Shown here one piece after another: positions 16,505-25,480 of a stretch of 64,000 nucleotides of DNA; position 1 is the stretch's first letter, and the number at the start of each line of letters is the position of its first letter. A program made the translations under genes and the position numbers. The stretch is from a virus: positions 9,223 through 73,222 of the IMG/VR virus record IMGVR_UViG_3300037423_000480; one strand, 5' to 3'. The notes beneath the pieces are model-generated. The model was not told the origin of the DNA. It saw only the letters and a program-made list of their open reading frames with translations, and ran no database searches.

Positions 16505-17686
16505 TCAGACGGCCTCATCGGCTTGGGGAAAAGCCGGGGAAAAATTGGCGATGCCGGCGTCCAGTTTGTCCATCTCGCGCTGGTCATCCGCGCTGCTGAT
16601 CCACTTGGCGTAGACCTCGAAGAACATCCGTAGGCTGTGCCCCAGTTGGGCCGCCATGAATCCCGGCTTGATTCCGTTCATCAGCCCAATCGTCGCGTAG
16701 GAATGCCGCATGTTGTAGGGGCGCCGGTAGCGGATGCCCAACTTCTTGAGGTCCGGCGCCCAGAAGCTGCGCACATCGGTGATCTTCCTGTAGCTCCACG
16801 GCTCGCCCGTGTACGGGTCGTGGAACACGTGCTTGCCTGCCAGCCGGGTGTGTGCCTTCTGCCGCTCCAGCGCCTCAAGGGCAGCCTTGGACAGCCTCAC
16901 GATCCTCGACGCATAGGTCTTGGTCGAATCGGTTTCCTCATCGTAGACGTTGGCGCCGTCGATCAGCATCTCCCGTTTCCGGACGTCGATGTCGCCCCAC
17001 TGCAGGGCGATTCCCTCGGACGTGCGCAGCCCGGTGAAGAACATGAACTGGACGAAGTTGGCGACCTGGTCGTGTCGGTGAGCGCGCAGGTACCCGATGA
17101 TCTGGTGTACCTCCTCCAGGTCGAACGGATCGGGCGCTGGCCCCTGGTAGCCTGCGCGCTTCACTTCCGCGCACGGGTTTTCCGAGATCAGCTTGTCGAG
17201 CCGCGCCATCTCAAACACGCCGTTAATCAGCGACAGCTCGTTATTGCGGCTTTTCCCGCTCTTCCACGTCCCCTTCGCGAGCGCCTCGAGGATTTGCGAG
17301 TAGGTCACGGCGCCGATCGGCTGGTCCGGAAGGGCGGATTTCCAAAAATTCCGGATCCGGTTGCGGTACTGATCCTTGGTCGACTTCTTGCCGTCATACA
17401 GGCGAACGAACTTGTCCATCTGCGCATGCAGCATCGGCACATCCGCAACCTGTTCAACCGCTTTGGCCCGGGGCGAGTGCGGGAAGTAGGACGCATAGTC
17501 GAAGGTGCCGGCCGCGATCTTGGTCCTGATCTCCTCGGCCAGGCGCTTCGCATACTTGGCGTTGGCAGGCGTCGGCGCGGCCGGCGCGTCGTCGATGTAG
17601 AGCGTCTCCTTCCTTGGCTTGCCGCGATAGTGGAAGTAAATCCTGATGCTCTTTTCCCGCAGCTCTACTCCGCCTGTTCCACCCAC
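16505..17686 (-). CDS. int: Tyrosine integrase with N-terminal arm-binding domain
   Basis: R (FTGLRTSE), 'YNMRHSYAT', 'LGHS', Y (VYAKW); GTG start at 17686 with GGAG RBS. Confidence 0.95.
   Translation of the reverse strand: MGGTGGVELREKSIRIYFHYRGKPRKETLYIDDAPAAPTPANAKYAKRLAEEIRTKIAAGTFDYASYFPHSPRAKAVEQVADVPMLHAQMDKFVRLYDGKKSTKDQYRNRIRNFWKSALPDQPIGAVTYSQILEALAKGTWKSGKSRNNELSLINGVFEMARLDKLISENPCAEVKRAGYQGPAPDPFDLEEVHQIIGYLRAHRHDQVANFVQFMFFTGLRTSEGIALQWGDIDVRKREMLIDGANVYDEETDSTKTYASRIVRLSKAALEALERQKAHTRLAGKHVFHDPYTGEPWSYRKITDVRSFWAPDLKKLGIRYRRPYNMRHSYATIGLMNGIKPGFMAAQLGHSLRMFFEVYAKWISSADDQREMDKLDAGIANFSPAFPQADEAV
16523..16544 (+). repeat. Repeat pair (TT/CC)GGGGAAAA (12-bp period), candidate arm sites inside int 3' end
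   Basis: TTGGGGAAAA at 16523 and CCGGGGAAAA at 16535. Confidence 0.45.
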
Positions 17687-17862
17687 TTGTAATACTCCTG
17701 AAGATTCATCGTGATGTGCCCGTCCGGGGCCTTCTTGTAGTGCTTGTTTCGCAGCCAGATGCCGTCCTCGATCTTCCGGCGCACCGCCTTGTCGGTATAG
17801 CCGGTGATGCTGCAGAACATGGGCACCAGCATCCACCGCAGTTGGATTCCCGTGTCATCCAT
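17665..17862 (-). CDS. xis: Excisionase
   Basis: 65 aa wHTH-like 'FCSITGYTDKAVRRKIEDGIW...KAPDG'; overlaps int start. Confidence 0.88.
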   Translation of the reverse strand: MDDTGIQLRWMLVPMFCSITGYTDKAVRRKIEDGIWLRNKHYKKAPDGHITMNLQEYYKWVEQAE

Positions 17863-18079
17863 TTGTTTCTTTCTTCCTTTTGCCCCACGTCCAAAACCAT
17901 GCGCGCGCTTGGGTTGGCGGCTCGTCCTTCGGCAGCACCAGGGCCTTGATCTGCTTCTCGGTGCAACTCAGGATCAGGTAGCGCCGGCCGGTGGTGGTGT
18001 GCAGCTCGTCGCCAGCTTCCGGCATCCCGCCTTCGTGCCAGAGCACGCGCAGCTTCACCTGATCCCAAGGCTGTTTCAT
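17855..18079 (-). CDS. Hypothetical protein (74 aa)
   Basis: GGAG RBS; member of the leftward early operon. Confidence 0.55.
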   Translation of the reverse strand: MKQPWDQVKLRVLWHEGGMPEAGDELHTTTGRRYLILSCTEKQIKALVLPKDEPPTQARAWFWTWGKRKKETNG

Positions 18080-18146
18080 TCGCGCTACTCCGTGCGCGGC
18101 GCCGGCCAGCACATCAGCCACCACAGCCACAGGGCGATGAGCAGGT

Positions 18147-19526
18147 TCATGCCTGCTCTCCCTTCTGGCTTGCCGTAGCGGCGGATATGGCGGCGTCGAT
18201 GGCGGCGCGTGGATCATCCCTAAACACTTCGGCAACCGCTCTCGGCAGAGTCTCGTGTTCGCGGTAGGCAGCAACACGCCATCCGATGTCTTCGCCATAT
18301 GCGGTCGTGAACAAATCCAGTGACCAGTAGTTGTGCGCGATTGCGTCCAACCGCTCCGCATCCTTGCGGACTCCAGCTACCCGCGCAGCGATCAGGGATT
18401 CGATGTGGGCGATGAGCCGAGCAAATCGTGGCTTTTTTGCCTCACTAATTTCCATCGAAGCAGATACATATGAGGATAGAAGCTTTCGGAACTCCGGCGT
18501 ATCGACGCTCTCGGAGCTGGCGGCGGCACGTTGCGCGCAGCGTTCGTTCTCACGCGCCATGCGTTCTTCGTTCCAGTCGCGGTCCTTCTTCTGTGCCGTT
18601 TGTTTCCACGCCATCATTCCGCCATAGAATCGGTTGGCTTCGTTGGCGGCTCTCTCCAGTAGGCCACGCAGGTAGTCATCGCTAGTCCCGCGCGCCACTT
18701 CCATCAGTTCGCGCGAAATCTCAGCCTCGTTTCGAGCGTCTACAGTGGGCTGTTCGGCCTGTGCGCTGGCCTCGGTGCTGCTCGGGGAGGCACCACACCA
18801 GCGGCAATGCTCCAAGCCATCATGTACCACTCGCTCAAACTGGTGGCCGTTCATGTTGGCGGCGCATTCGTCCGGCTCGACCAGTCTCGCGCTCTGCTCG
18901 CCTTCCTGCGCGACCGGGGCGGCGAGATGTTTGACGGCCATATCGTAGATGCGCTTGATCGTGTCCCATCCGACAGATATGTCTTGCAAGACGGTGCCTA
19001 CATTTTCGCAGGTGGGGCACGCGTAATCTTCGCCCTCGTCGTGGCAGTCTGGGCACGGAACTTCGATCTGCTCTTTGAACTCTCCCATGAACAGCGACTT
19101 CGCGCCGTTCTCGGCGGTTAGGCGATTGGGCATCAGCACGAAGCCTTCCGGCACTGCCGCCCGCTCTGCTTGCGGTGCGCTGGCCAGCGTGGGAGCGGCG
19201 AGGTCGCCATCGATCAGCGCATCGGCGAACTTCAACAACGCGCCGTTCGTGCTGCCCCAAATGTCGCCATCGGTATCCGTATCGATGCCGCTGGCGTTGG
19301 CAAGCGCGATGATCTGCGCCTTCCGTGCCGCATCCAGCGCCGGCGGAAACTCGCCCAGGTCATGCGCGATGGTGGCCGGGCCGTCAGCAGCGCCGATCAT
19401 GCACACGCACTCCTTGCCGAAGGTCGTGCCCGTGCCGGCGCAGATCGAGCAGCCATCATCCCAGTGCAGCTTGTCGTCGGCGCGCGCGTCGTCCTTGCGG
19501 CGGGCCTGGTCTTCGATGTGGTTCAT
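18147..19526 (-). CDS. Mosaic early-region protein with Cys-rich Zn-finger motifs
   Basis: GGAGAG RBS before ATG 19526; CxxC pairs (CSIC, CPDC..CPTC, CRWC). Confidence 0.65.
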   Translation of the reverse strand: MNHIEDQARRKDDARADDKLHWDDGCSICAGTGTTFGKECVCMIGAADGPATIAHDLGEFPPALDAARKAQIIALANASGIDTDTDGDIWGSTNGALLKFADALIDGDLAAPTLASAPQAERAAVPEGFVLMPNRLTAENGAKSLFMGEFKEQIEVPCPDCHDEGEDYACPTCENVGTVLQDISVGWDTIKRIYDMAVKHLAAPVAQEGEQSARLVEPDECAANMNGHQFERVVHDGLEHCRWCGASPSSTEASAQAEQPTVDARNEAEISRELMEVARGTSDDYLRGLLERAANEANRFYGGMMAWKQTAQKKDRDWNEERMARENERCAQRAAASSESVDTPEFRKLLSSYVSASMEISEAKKPRFARLIAHIESLIAARVAGVRKDAERLDAIAHNYWSLDLFTTAYGEDIGWRVAAYREHETLPRAVAEVFRDDPRAAIDAAISAATASQKGEQA

Positions 19527-19681
19527 GGGTCTCTCCGTTATTGTTGGATGGTGAAGCGGGCGAAGCGGCAGCCGGTCAGGTGCGGCTGGCCGAGGGGCTG
19601 GCGGCAGCTGGTGCAGCGGCACTGGCTGCGTGTGAGGCTTGTCGTTGTGTTACGATCCCGCAAATAATTCGCGGAGGAAAA

Positions 19682-20317
19682 ATGCTTGCCGAACTGACCA
19701 ACTGGGTGCGATCGACTTGGTACAACAAGTACGCAGTTATGGTGCTGTCCGCCGCAATCGGGCTTGGTGCTCACGAGACCATTCCCTGGTCGAGCCTGTC
19801 CGCTTCTGACTGGGGCACTTGGATCGGCTCCGTCGGCACAGTGTTTACGCTCATTGGAACCATTTGGCTTGCCACTGCCGAGAAGCGCAATCAACGCCGA
19901 CAGGAGAAAGCCAGGGCCGTCGTAGCAGCTGCCTCGTTGGAGGTGAGACTTGAAACTGTAGAGGCAGCCCTGGAGGATGTTATCCAGAACATCCTCGACA
20001 AAGATTCGCTCGCTGATTTCAGTTACTCCGCTCAAGCACGGATTATTACCGCCGCTGGCACATGGAATGACGACGAAATCCTTCCCCTTCTTATCCTGCC
20101 TAATCATGTGTGCGCTAAGCTGTCGGGCATTAGGACAGCTATTGCGGACAGCGCGCAAAAGATCGAAGCCGAGCAGTGGCGGAGCCGCGATCGCGACGCT
20201 GATGCACAAGCTCAAAAGGATCTGGACATCATGCAGGCGCTGGTGAGCCAGCTCGAGGTAATTACCGCTTGCCTCCGTGAATGCCAATTGTTCGCACGGA
20301 AGGTGATACGAGGCTAA
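19682..20317 (+). CDS. Counter-oriented membrane protein (moron)
   Basis: 211 aa, two N-terminal hydrophobic segments + helical domain; GGAGG RBS, extended -10 TGtTACGAT at 19648-19656; lower GC. Confidence 0.72.
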   Translation: MLAELTNWVRSTWYNKYAVMVLSAAIGLGAHETIPWSSLSASDWGTWIGSVGTVFTLIGTIWLATAEKRNQRRQEKARAVVAAASLEVRLETVEAALEDVIQNILDKDSLADFSYSAQARIITAAGTWNDDEILPLLILPNHVCAKLSGIRTAIADSAQKIEAEQWRSRDRDADAQAQKDLDIMQALVSQLEVITACLRECQLFARKVIRG

Positions 20318-20331
20318 CTTCTTCACCGACG

Positions 20332-22026
20332 TCACGACCGCTGCTCCCCAGGCATCGTCAACGCCAACGCCACATTCCGCACCCAGATCGGCGTGGCGCT
20401 CAGCACGAAGGTCTCGCCCGACCAGGCCAGCAGCAGCGTCGTTCCCATGACCTCGCCGATCGCGGTTGCAGCTTTCGGCGGCACCAGGTTGCCGATGTGT
20501 TCGCGCCACACGCTGTCGCTCATCCCGTCCAGCAGCAAGTGTTCTTCTGGCTCGATGAGGCTCTGCAGCGCGGCCAGCTCGAGCGTGGTGAACGGGCGGT
20601 GCCAGGTTCCGTCCAGTGCCCGGATGATGGCGACGGTCTTTTCGGTCAGCGCCGGCAGCGCATCGATGCGCGGATCCGCGACTGACCAGCGGCCGTTGTC
20701 GTAGCCGGCCGAGGCGCTGACCGCGCCGCTCGTACCATCCCATGGCACCACGCCATAGTGGCCGCCCGTCAGGTATGCGTCACCGGCCACCCGGTTATTC
20801 ATCGCGCTGCGCGGGTCGGCGACTGCAAAGGCGCCCTGCCCGGTCGTGCTGCCGGCGATCACCGTGCCGGCCGGCTTGTCGAACGGCGTCACCAGGTATT
20901 TGCCGGCGCCTTCAAATCCCGTCGTCGAGCGCGGGTCCTGAACGGCGAACATGCCCTGCCCTGGCGACTTAACGTTAATTACCGCGCCCATCGTTTCGTC
21001 CCAGCCGCACAAGCCATACTGGCCGCAGTCGTACTTGCCCGAGTCGAAGCGTGGATCGGCCACCGAGAAGTTGCCGTTGTTCGGCATGGCCCGGCTGGTG
21101 ACCGCTCCGGTCGCCTCATCCCAGCGGTTCACACCCAGCACGCCATTGCGCAGCTCGGGGACGATGAGGAAGTCGCGCAGGTGGCCGTTCTCGACCGCCA
21201 GCTTGTTCAGCGAGCGCCAGTCGCTGCCGGCCTCCACGAACGCCAGGCGCACCCAGGTCTTCCACTGCAGGCGCGGGATGCGGTGCATCGGCCCGCCGGC
21301 CGTGTCGCCCGGGAACGGCATGCGGCCGAGCACGTCGCCTACCGCGCGCAGGCGCTTCTTTTCCGGCTCGTACAGGAACGCCGGAACCTTCTCGGTGTGG
21401 CGCGCGACCAGCAGCATTCGCTTGCGCGACTGCGCCAAGGCGCCGAGCTCGCCGCAGTCGTGCGAGGTTTCCGCGACCGCGTAGCCGTAGCGCTGCAGGA
21501 GCTGGATGATCTGGTCCAGCAGATGCCGGCCGCGCGTCGCCAGCCGCGGCACGTTCTCGAACACGATCAGGTCGACCGGATCATCACCCCATGCCTCGCA
21601 CATGAGCCAGACGCAGCGCAGCGTCAGCTCATTGAGGGCCTGGTACTTGGGTGTCTTGCTCTTTTCTTCTGACAGCAGGCCCGAACCGCCCTTGCACGGG
21701 CTGCTGATGAACACGATGTTCGGCCGCTCGTTGCCTGCGGCGCGCCGGATGTCCGCCGCTCCCATTTCGCGCCAGTCCGCCGGCGGCTCCTTGCCGTGGA
21801 ATGCGATGTACTGCTCGCGAGTGAACAGGTCCATCACGGTGCCCGGCACGCCGACCAACCGGTCGAAGTCACGGATTGCGGACGGATCGACGTCGACGCC
21901 ACCCAGACAGCGGAAGCGAGCCTCGAGCGAACCGACACGCGGATTCGCCTTGTTGAACCCCTTGGCCGCGCCGCCGATGCCGCAGCAGAAGTGGAAGTGT
22001 TTGACCTCGCGGATATGACTGCTCAT
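20332..22026 (-). CDS. Phage DNA (cytosine-5) methyltransferase
   Basis: 'FCCGIGG' motif I, 'SSPCKG' catalytic PC, 'FENVP' motif VI, 'GNLVPP' motif X; TGATG coupled start. Confidence 0.88.
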   Translation of the reverse strand: MSSHIREVKHFHFCCGIGGAAKGFNKANPRVGSLEARFRCLGGVDVDPSAIRDFDRLVGVPGTVMDLFTREQYIAFHGKEPPADWREMGAADIRRAAGNERPNIVFISSPCKGGSGLLSEEKSKTPKYQALNELTLRCVWLMCEAWGDDPVDLIVFENVPRLATRGRHLLDQIIQLLQRYGYAVAETSHDCGELGALAQSRKRMLLVARHTEKVPAFLYEPEKKRLRAVGDVLGRMPFPGDTAGGPMHRIPRLQWKTWVRLAFVEAGSDWRSLNKLAVENGHLRDFLIVPELRNGVLGVNRWDEATGAVTSRAMPNNGNFSVADPRFDSGKYDCGQYGLCGWDETMGAVINVKSPGQGMFAVQDPRSTTGFEGAGKYLVTPFDKPAGTVIAGSTTGQGAFAVADPRSAMNNRVAGDAYLTGGHYGVVPWDGTSGAVSASAGYDNGRWSVADPRIDALPALTEKTVAIIRALDGTWHRPFTTLELAALQSLIEPEEHLLLDGMSDSVWREHIGNLVPPKAATAIGEVMGTTLLLAWSGETFVLSATPIWVRNVALALTMPGEQRS

Positions 22027-22466
22027 CAGCATGCGGCCACCTCTCGCGCCGGCCCAAACATCGCCGCGACCAACGGATCGCGCACCATGCCCATCTGGCG
22101 CGCCGGCACGACGCTGCGCTTCACATCGCTCTCGTTGCCCAGCAGCGAACCACCGCGCTGCGGCAAGTGCGGATCCTCGCCAATCCTCCAAAGGGTCGCC
22201 GAGAAGCCTGGCCGCTCCTGCCACCGGCGGATCTCGCGCAGGTCGTGGTGCATGTGGTGCAGGTAGCTCGCGGTCACGTCGGGTCGCAAGCCCAAGGTAG
22301 TCGCGATGGTATCGAGCGATGCCGGGCCTGCTACCAGCAGCTTAAGAATCTTCACCACGTAGTGCTCGCGCTGATCGGTCGCTGCGACCTTACGGAGCAT
22401 GCAGTCAGCCACTCCGCGGCACGGCCGGTCACACGTTTTGCCGCCGCAGTGTTTGGATGTTGCCAT
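22026..22466 (-). CDS. Putative HTH DNA-binding protein with Cys-rich N-terminus
   Basis: 'SLDTIATTLGLRPDVTASYL' HTH-like; GGGGAG RBS. Confidence 0.5.
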   Translation of the reverse strand: MATSKHCGGKTCDRPCRGVADCMLRKVAATDQREHYVVKILKLLVAGPASLDTIATTLGLRPDVTASYLHHMHHDLREIRRWQERPGFSATLWRIGEDPHLPQRGGSLLGNESDVKRSVVPARQMGMVRDPLVAAMFGPAREVAAC

Positions 22467-22513
22467 GATTACTCCCCTGTCTTGGAACGCCGGGACTACG
22501 CCCGGCTTGTGGA

Positions 22514-23050
22514 TTACGCGGCTTTCGCGGGCGCTTCGTCGCCGAACAGTTCCTGCACGGTCTTCGGCTCCGGCGGCGTCAGGGTCAGCTCGATATCGCG
22601 TTGGATGAACTCGCACAGCTTGCCAACGTCGTCGGTCTTGAGGTGCGCGATGACGCGGAAGGTCACGCCTACCGTGCCGCCGTTCTGCGGATCGAAAACG
22701 AAGTGGTCAATCTTGAGGTCCTCGCCCAGCTGGATATCGCTCTTGTCGCCAATGCCGTACGCGACGATGCCGCAGTAGCCGATTGCTTCCCAATCCCACT
22801 TGAGCGGGCCGAGCTTCGGGTAGCGCAGCACCGTCAGGCCATCGCCATCGCTCACCTGGTCGACGAGGTCGGGGTTCTCGTCCTTCTTGTAGAGATGCTG
22901 CCGCAGCTCGGGGTGGAAGTGGATCAGCGCGCTACTCGGCAGCGACGCCTCGATCTTGAGGTCGTATGCCGGCTTGGTGTCTTCGCCGTGCTTCTCGGCG
23001 CGGGCGTTCACGGACGCGAGTTTCACGGTGGCTTGGTCGAGGTCGAACAT
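22514..23050 (-). CDS. Phage hypothetical protein (178 aa)
   Basis: GGAG RBS, host-like codon usage. Confidence 0.72.
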   Translation of the reverse strand: MFDLDQATVKLASVNARAEKHGEDTKPAYDLKIEASLPSSALIHFHPELRQHLYKKDENPDLVDQVSDGDGLTVLRYPKLGPLKWDWEAIGYCGIVAYGIGDKSDIQLGEDLKIDHFVFDPQNGGTVGVTFRVIAHLKTDDVGKLCEFIQRDIELTLTPPEPKTVQELFGDEAPAKAA

Positions 23051-23053
23051 GAA

Positions 23054-23296
23054 TCACTTCTCCTGGTCTTGGGGTTGGTTTTTCGGGTCTTGCTGGAACT
23101 GCAGGTACGGCAATCGGATGAACTGGTGGAAGCGCTTCTCCGCCTGGGCGTCGCGGTCGATGTCACCGCGCGACTTCACGCCGCAGATCGCGCGCACCGA
23201 GTGCGCCGCGGTTGTCTCGTCGGGTACCCGCAGGAAGCGCTGGAACAGCGACTCCTTGCAGCGCAGCGCCACCCAGGCAGAGAGGCGCATAGCCAT
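23054..23296 (-). CDS. Hypothetical protein (80 aa)
   Basis: TAATG coupled start. Confidence 0.6.
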   Translation of the reverse strand: MAMRLSAWVALRCKESLFQRFLRVPDETTAAHSVRAICGVKSRGDIDRDAQAEKRFHQFIRLPYLQFQQDPKNQPQDQEK

Positions 23297-23526
23297 TACG
23301 CGGCCTTGGCCCGGGCTACGGTAGTGACGTGGCGGATCAGGGCAGCGCAGATGGGCTGAAAGTCCGACTCTTGATACAGAACAGCAGCGCGATCTCTGCC
23401 GGCCGGCGCGAAGCCGAGCGAACGCAGGAAGTCGGCGGTCACGGTGAAGCCCAGGCGCTCGGTGATCTGGCCGAGGCGCATACATGGCGTTGTCGCCAGA
23501 GTGTCGAGAATCTGCTCAGCCATCAC
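23296..23526 (-). CDS. Hypothetical protein (76 aa)
   Basis: Coupled to the recT stop. Confidence 0.6.
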   Translation of the reverse strand: MMAEQILDTLATTPCMRLGQITERLGFTVTADFLRSLGFAPAGRDRAAVLYQESDFQPICAALIRHVTTVARAKAA

Positions 23527-24548
23527 TTGCCGCCTTCCAGCTCGGCGCGGCGTTGTTTCGCCAACTCGTTGAGCTTCATGCGGTCTTTCTCGTCCGGCAC
23601 GTCGCGGATTTCATCGGTGACCAGGTCGAGGATCTCGACGGTGGTGGCTGCCTTGATGCGGTTGAACATCGCCAGGTAGATGCCGTCGGCGGGCTCCTGG
23701 GCGCCCGAATTCGTCGCTTCATCGACCAGCTCGAGCGGCATCTCTACTTCGCTGAAGTTGCCGTCGATGATTGCCGAGTTCTGCTGGCTGATGCCGGCTT
23801 CGGCCTGTTCGTCCAAACCGACCGCCTGCTGCATCTCGATCGACACGGGCAGGAATTTGAAGAGGCGACGCACCACGGACTTGAGCGCCATGGCCGCGTA
23901 ATCGGTGACCCACGGGCCGTTGTCGGCCGACTTGCTGCGGGCTCGGATGCCATCCACCTCGGCGCGCGACATGACGTCGAATTGGATACCGCCGTCCTTC
24001 AGCTTTGCCACCGCGTACACGAAGCGCAGCAGCTCAGGGCGTGACCGGTTCGGGTTCTGCCAGTCCGGCTTGTGGGTGAGCTTCGACTCCAGGCCGAGCG
24101 AGCACTCGAACTCGTCACCCTCGTAGACCGCGCGCGCTTCAATGCTGACGATCTGGCCGCTACGGCGGGCCAAGTCGATCATGCCGCGGTAGCCGATGAT
24201 CACCTGCGCCTCGGTGGCGACCGTCTGCCACTGGCCGTTGATCTTCTGGCGCTTGTCGAAGGGCAGGATGTAGGCGTGGCCGAGCGCGTTGCCCGGCTCC
24301 AGGCCGAGCTGCGCGCACTGGATAACGGCGCCGAGGAACGACATCGGGTCGCACTGCGCCAGCTTCGGCACCTTGCGCATCTCGGTTGTCGCGATGCGCG
24401 CCATACGCTCGGCGGTCATGTGGCGCGGCAGAGCGACCTTCAGCTGAGCCTGCACCTTCGGGCTGGCCATCAGGTGGGCCAGGTCTTTCACTTCTTCGGT
24501 CTTGGCCGGTTGGCCGGTCGCGATGGCTTTCAGTTGCGATGTGGTCAT
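23523..24548 (-). CDS. recT: RecT-family single-strand annealing recombinase
   Basis: 'CAQLGLEP...GHAYILPF', 'IIGYRGMIDLARRSG', 'AMALKSVVRRLFKFLP'. Confidence 0.95.
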   Translation of the reverse strand: MTTSQLKAIATGQPAKTEEVKDLAHLMASPKVQAQLKVALPRHMTAERMARIATTEMRKVPKLAQCDPMSFLGAVIQCAQLGLEPGNALGHAYILPFDKRQKINGQWQTVATEAQVIIGYRGMIDLARRSGQIVSIEARAVYEGDEFECSLGLESKLTHKPDWQNPNRSRPELLRFVYAVAKLKDGGIQFDVMSRAEVDGIRARSKSADNGPWVTDYAAMALKSVVRRLFKFLPVSIEMQQAVGLDEQAEAGISQQNSAIIDGNFSEVEMPLELVDEATNSGAQEPADGIYLAMFNRIKAATTVEILDLVTDEIRDVPDEKDRMKLNELAKQRRAELEGGK

Positions 24549-25457
24549 TTACAGGGTCTCCTTGAGTTTGGAAAGACGAAAGTCGACGTAGCGCTGGGCG
24601 GCGTATTCGACGGTGTAGGGTTTCTTGCTGACGACCTTGCGCGTGAAGGCCATGCCGTCGTTGAACTTGATCACGCTGGCGTTACCCATCTCGGCCAGCA
24701 GATGCGCCTTAGCGCCGGCCAGGATCGCTTCGTAGTGGTCGCGCATTTCGGTCGCCGTGCCCATCACCGCGCGCCAGTGCTCGTGCATCGCGTTGGCCTC
24801 GATGGTCGTCCCGTCGGTGCCCGGGTACAGGCGCTTGAGGGTCTCGATGATGTCTTTGTGCTCGTAGTCGAGCGGAGGCTGCACCTTCGGCAGGACGTAC
24901 TTGGTCCAGAACTCGTTCGCCCGGTCGCGCATAGCAGTAATCAGGTCGTCGTCGCGCTCGACCAGGTACGGCTTCAGGTCGTCGCCGATCAGGGCAAACA
25001 CGCGGCAACGGCGCGCGGTCTTCACTCCCATCCCGTGCTGCGTCTGCGCGACGTAGTGCAGCGGCAGCTCGTCGGTGCCATGCTCGCCCCATTCCTTGGC
25101 CTTGAACGGGTGCACCGTCTTGATCTCACCGTTTTCGACCTGGCCGGTTTCCTTGTCCAGGTATTCGAAGTCGATCTCGGCAGCGAGAAACGGCAGCTCG
25201 TTGTCGACGTAGCGACGGTTGGCGGCCACGATCTCAAGGCCATGCTCCTCGCGGATCATGTCGAGGATGTACGGCTCCATCCGTGCACCGCGGCGCTTGG
25301 CGGTCATGTTCTGGCCGCTCTCGACGCGCGGCGTGATCTTGTCCATCCACAGGTCGACCACATTTCGCCACGGACTGACCCCCAGGATCGCGGCAACGTC
25401 ACTGCCGCCGATGTACTTGGTCCGGTCGTACTGCGCCGGTTCGATTACTGCATTCAT
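24549..25457 (-). CDS. YqaJ-like viral recombinase exonuclease
   Basis: 'IGGSDVAAILGVSPW', 'EIKT', 'Q.QH.M.V'; upstream of recT. Confidence 0.92.
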   Translation of the reverse strand: MNAVIEPAQYDRTKYIGGSDVAAILGVSPWRNVVDLWMDKITPRVESGQNMTAKRRGARMEPYILDMIREEHGLEIVAANRRYVDNELPFLAAEIDFEYLDKETGQVENGEIKTVHPFKAKEWGEHGTDELPLHYVAQTQHGMGVKTARRCRVFALIGDDLKPYLVERDDDLITAMRDRANEFWTKYVLPKVQPPLDYEHKDIIETLKRLYPGTDGTTIEANAMHEHWRAVMGTATEMRDHYEAILAGAKAHLLAEMGNASVIKFNDGMAFTRKVVSKKPYTVEYAAQRYVDFRLSKLKETL

Positions 25458-25480
25458 CTGATTGCCCCCCTTGCTTGTTG

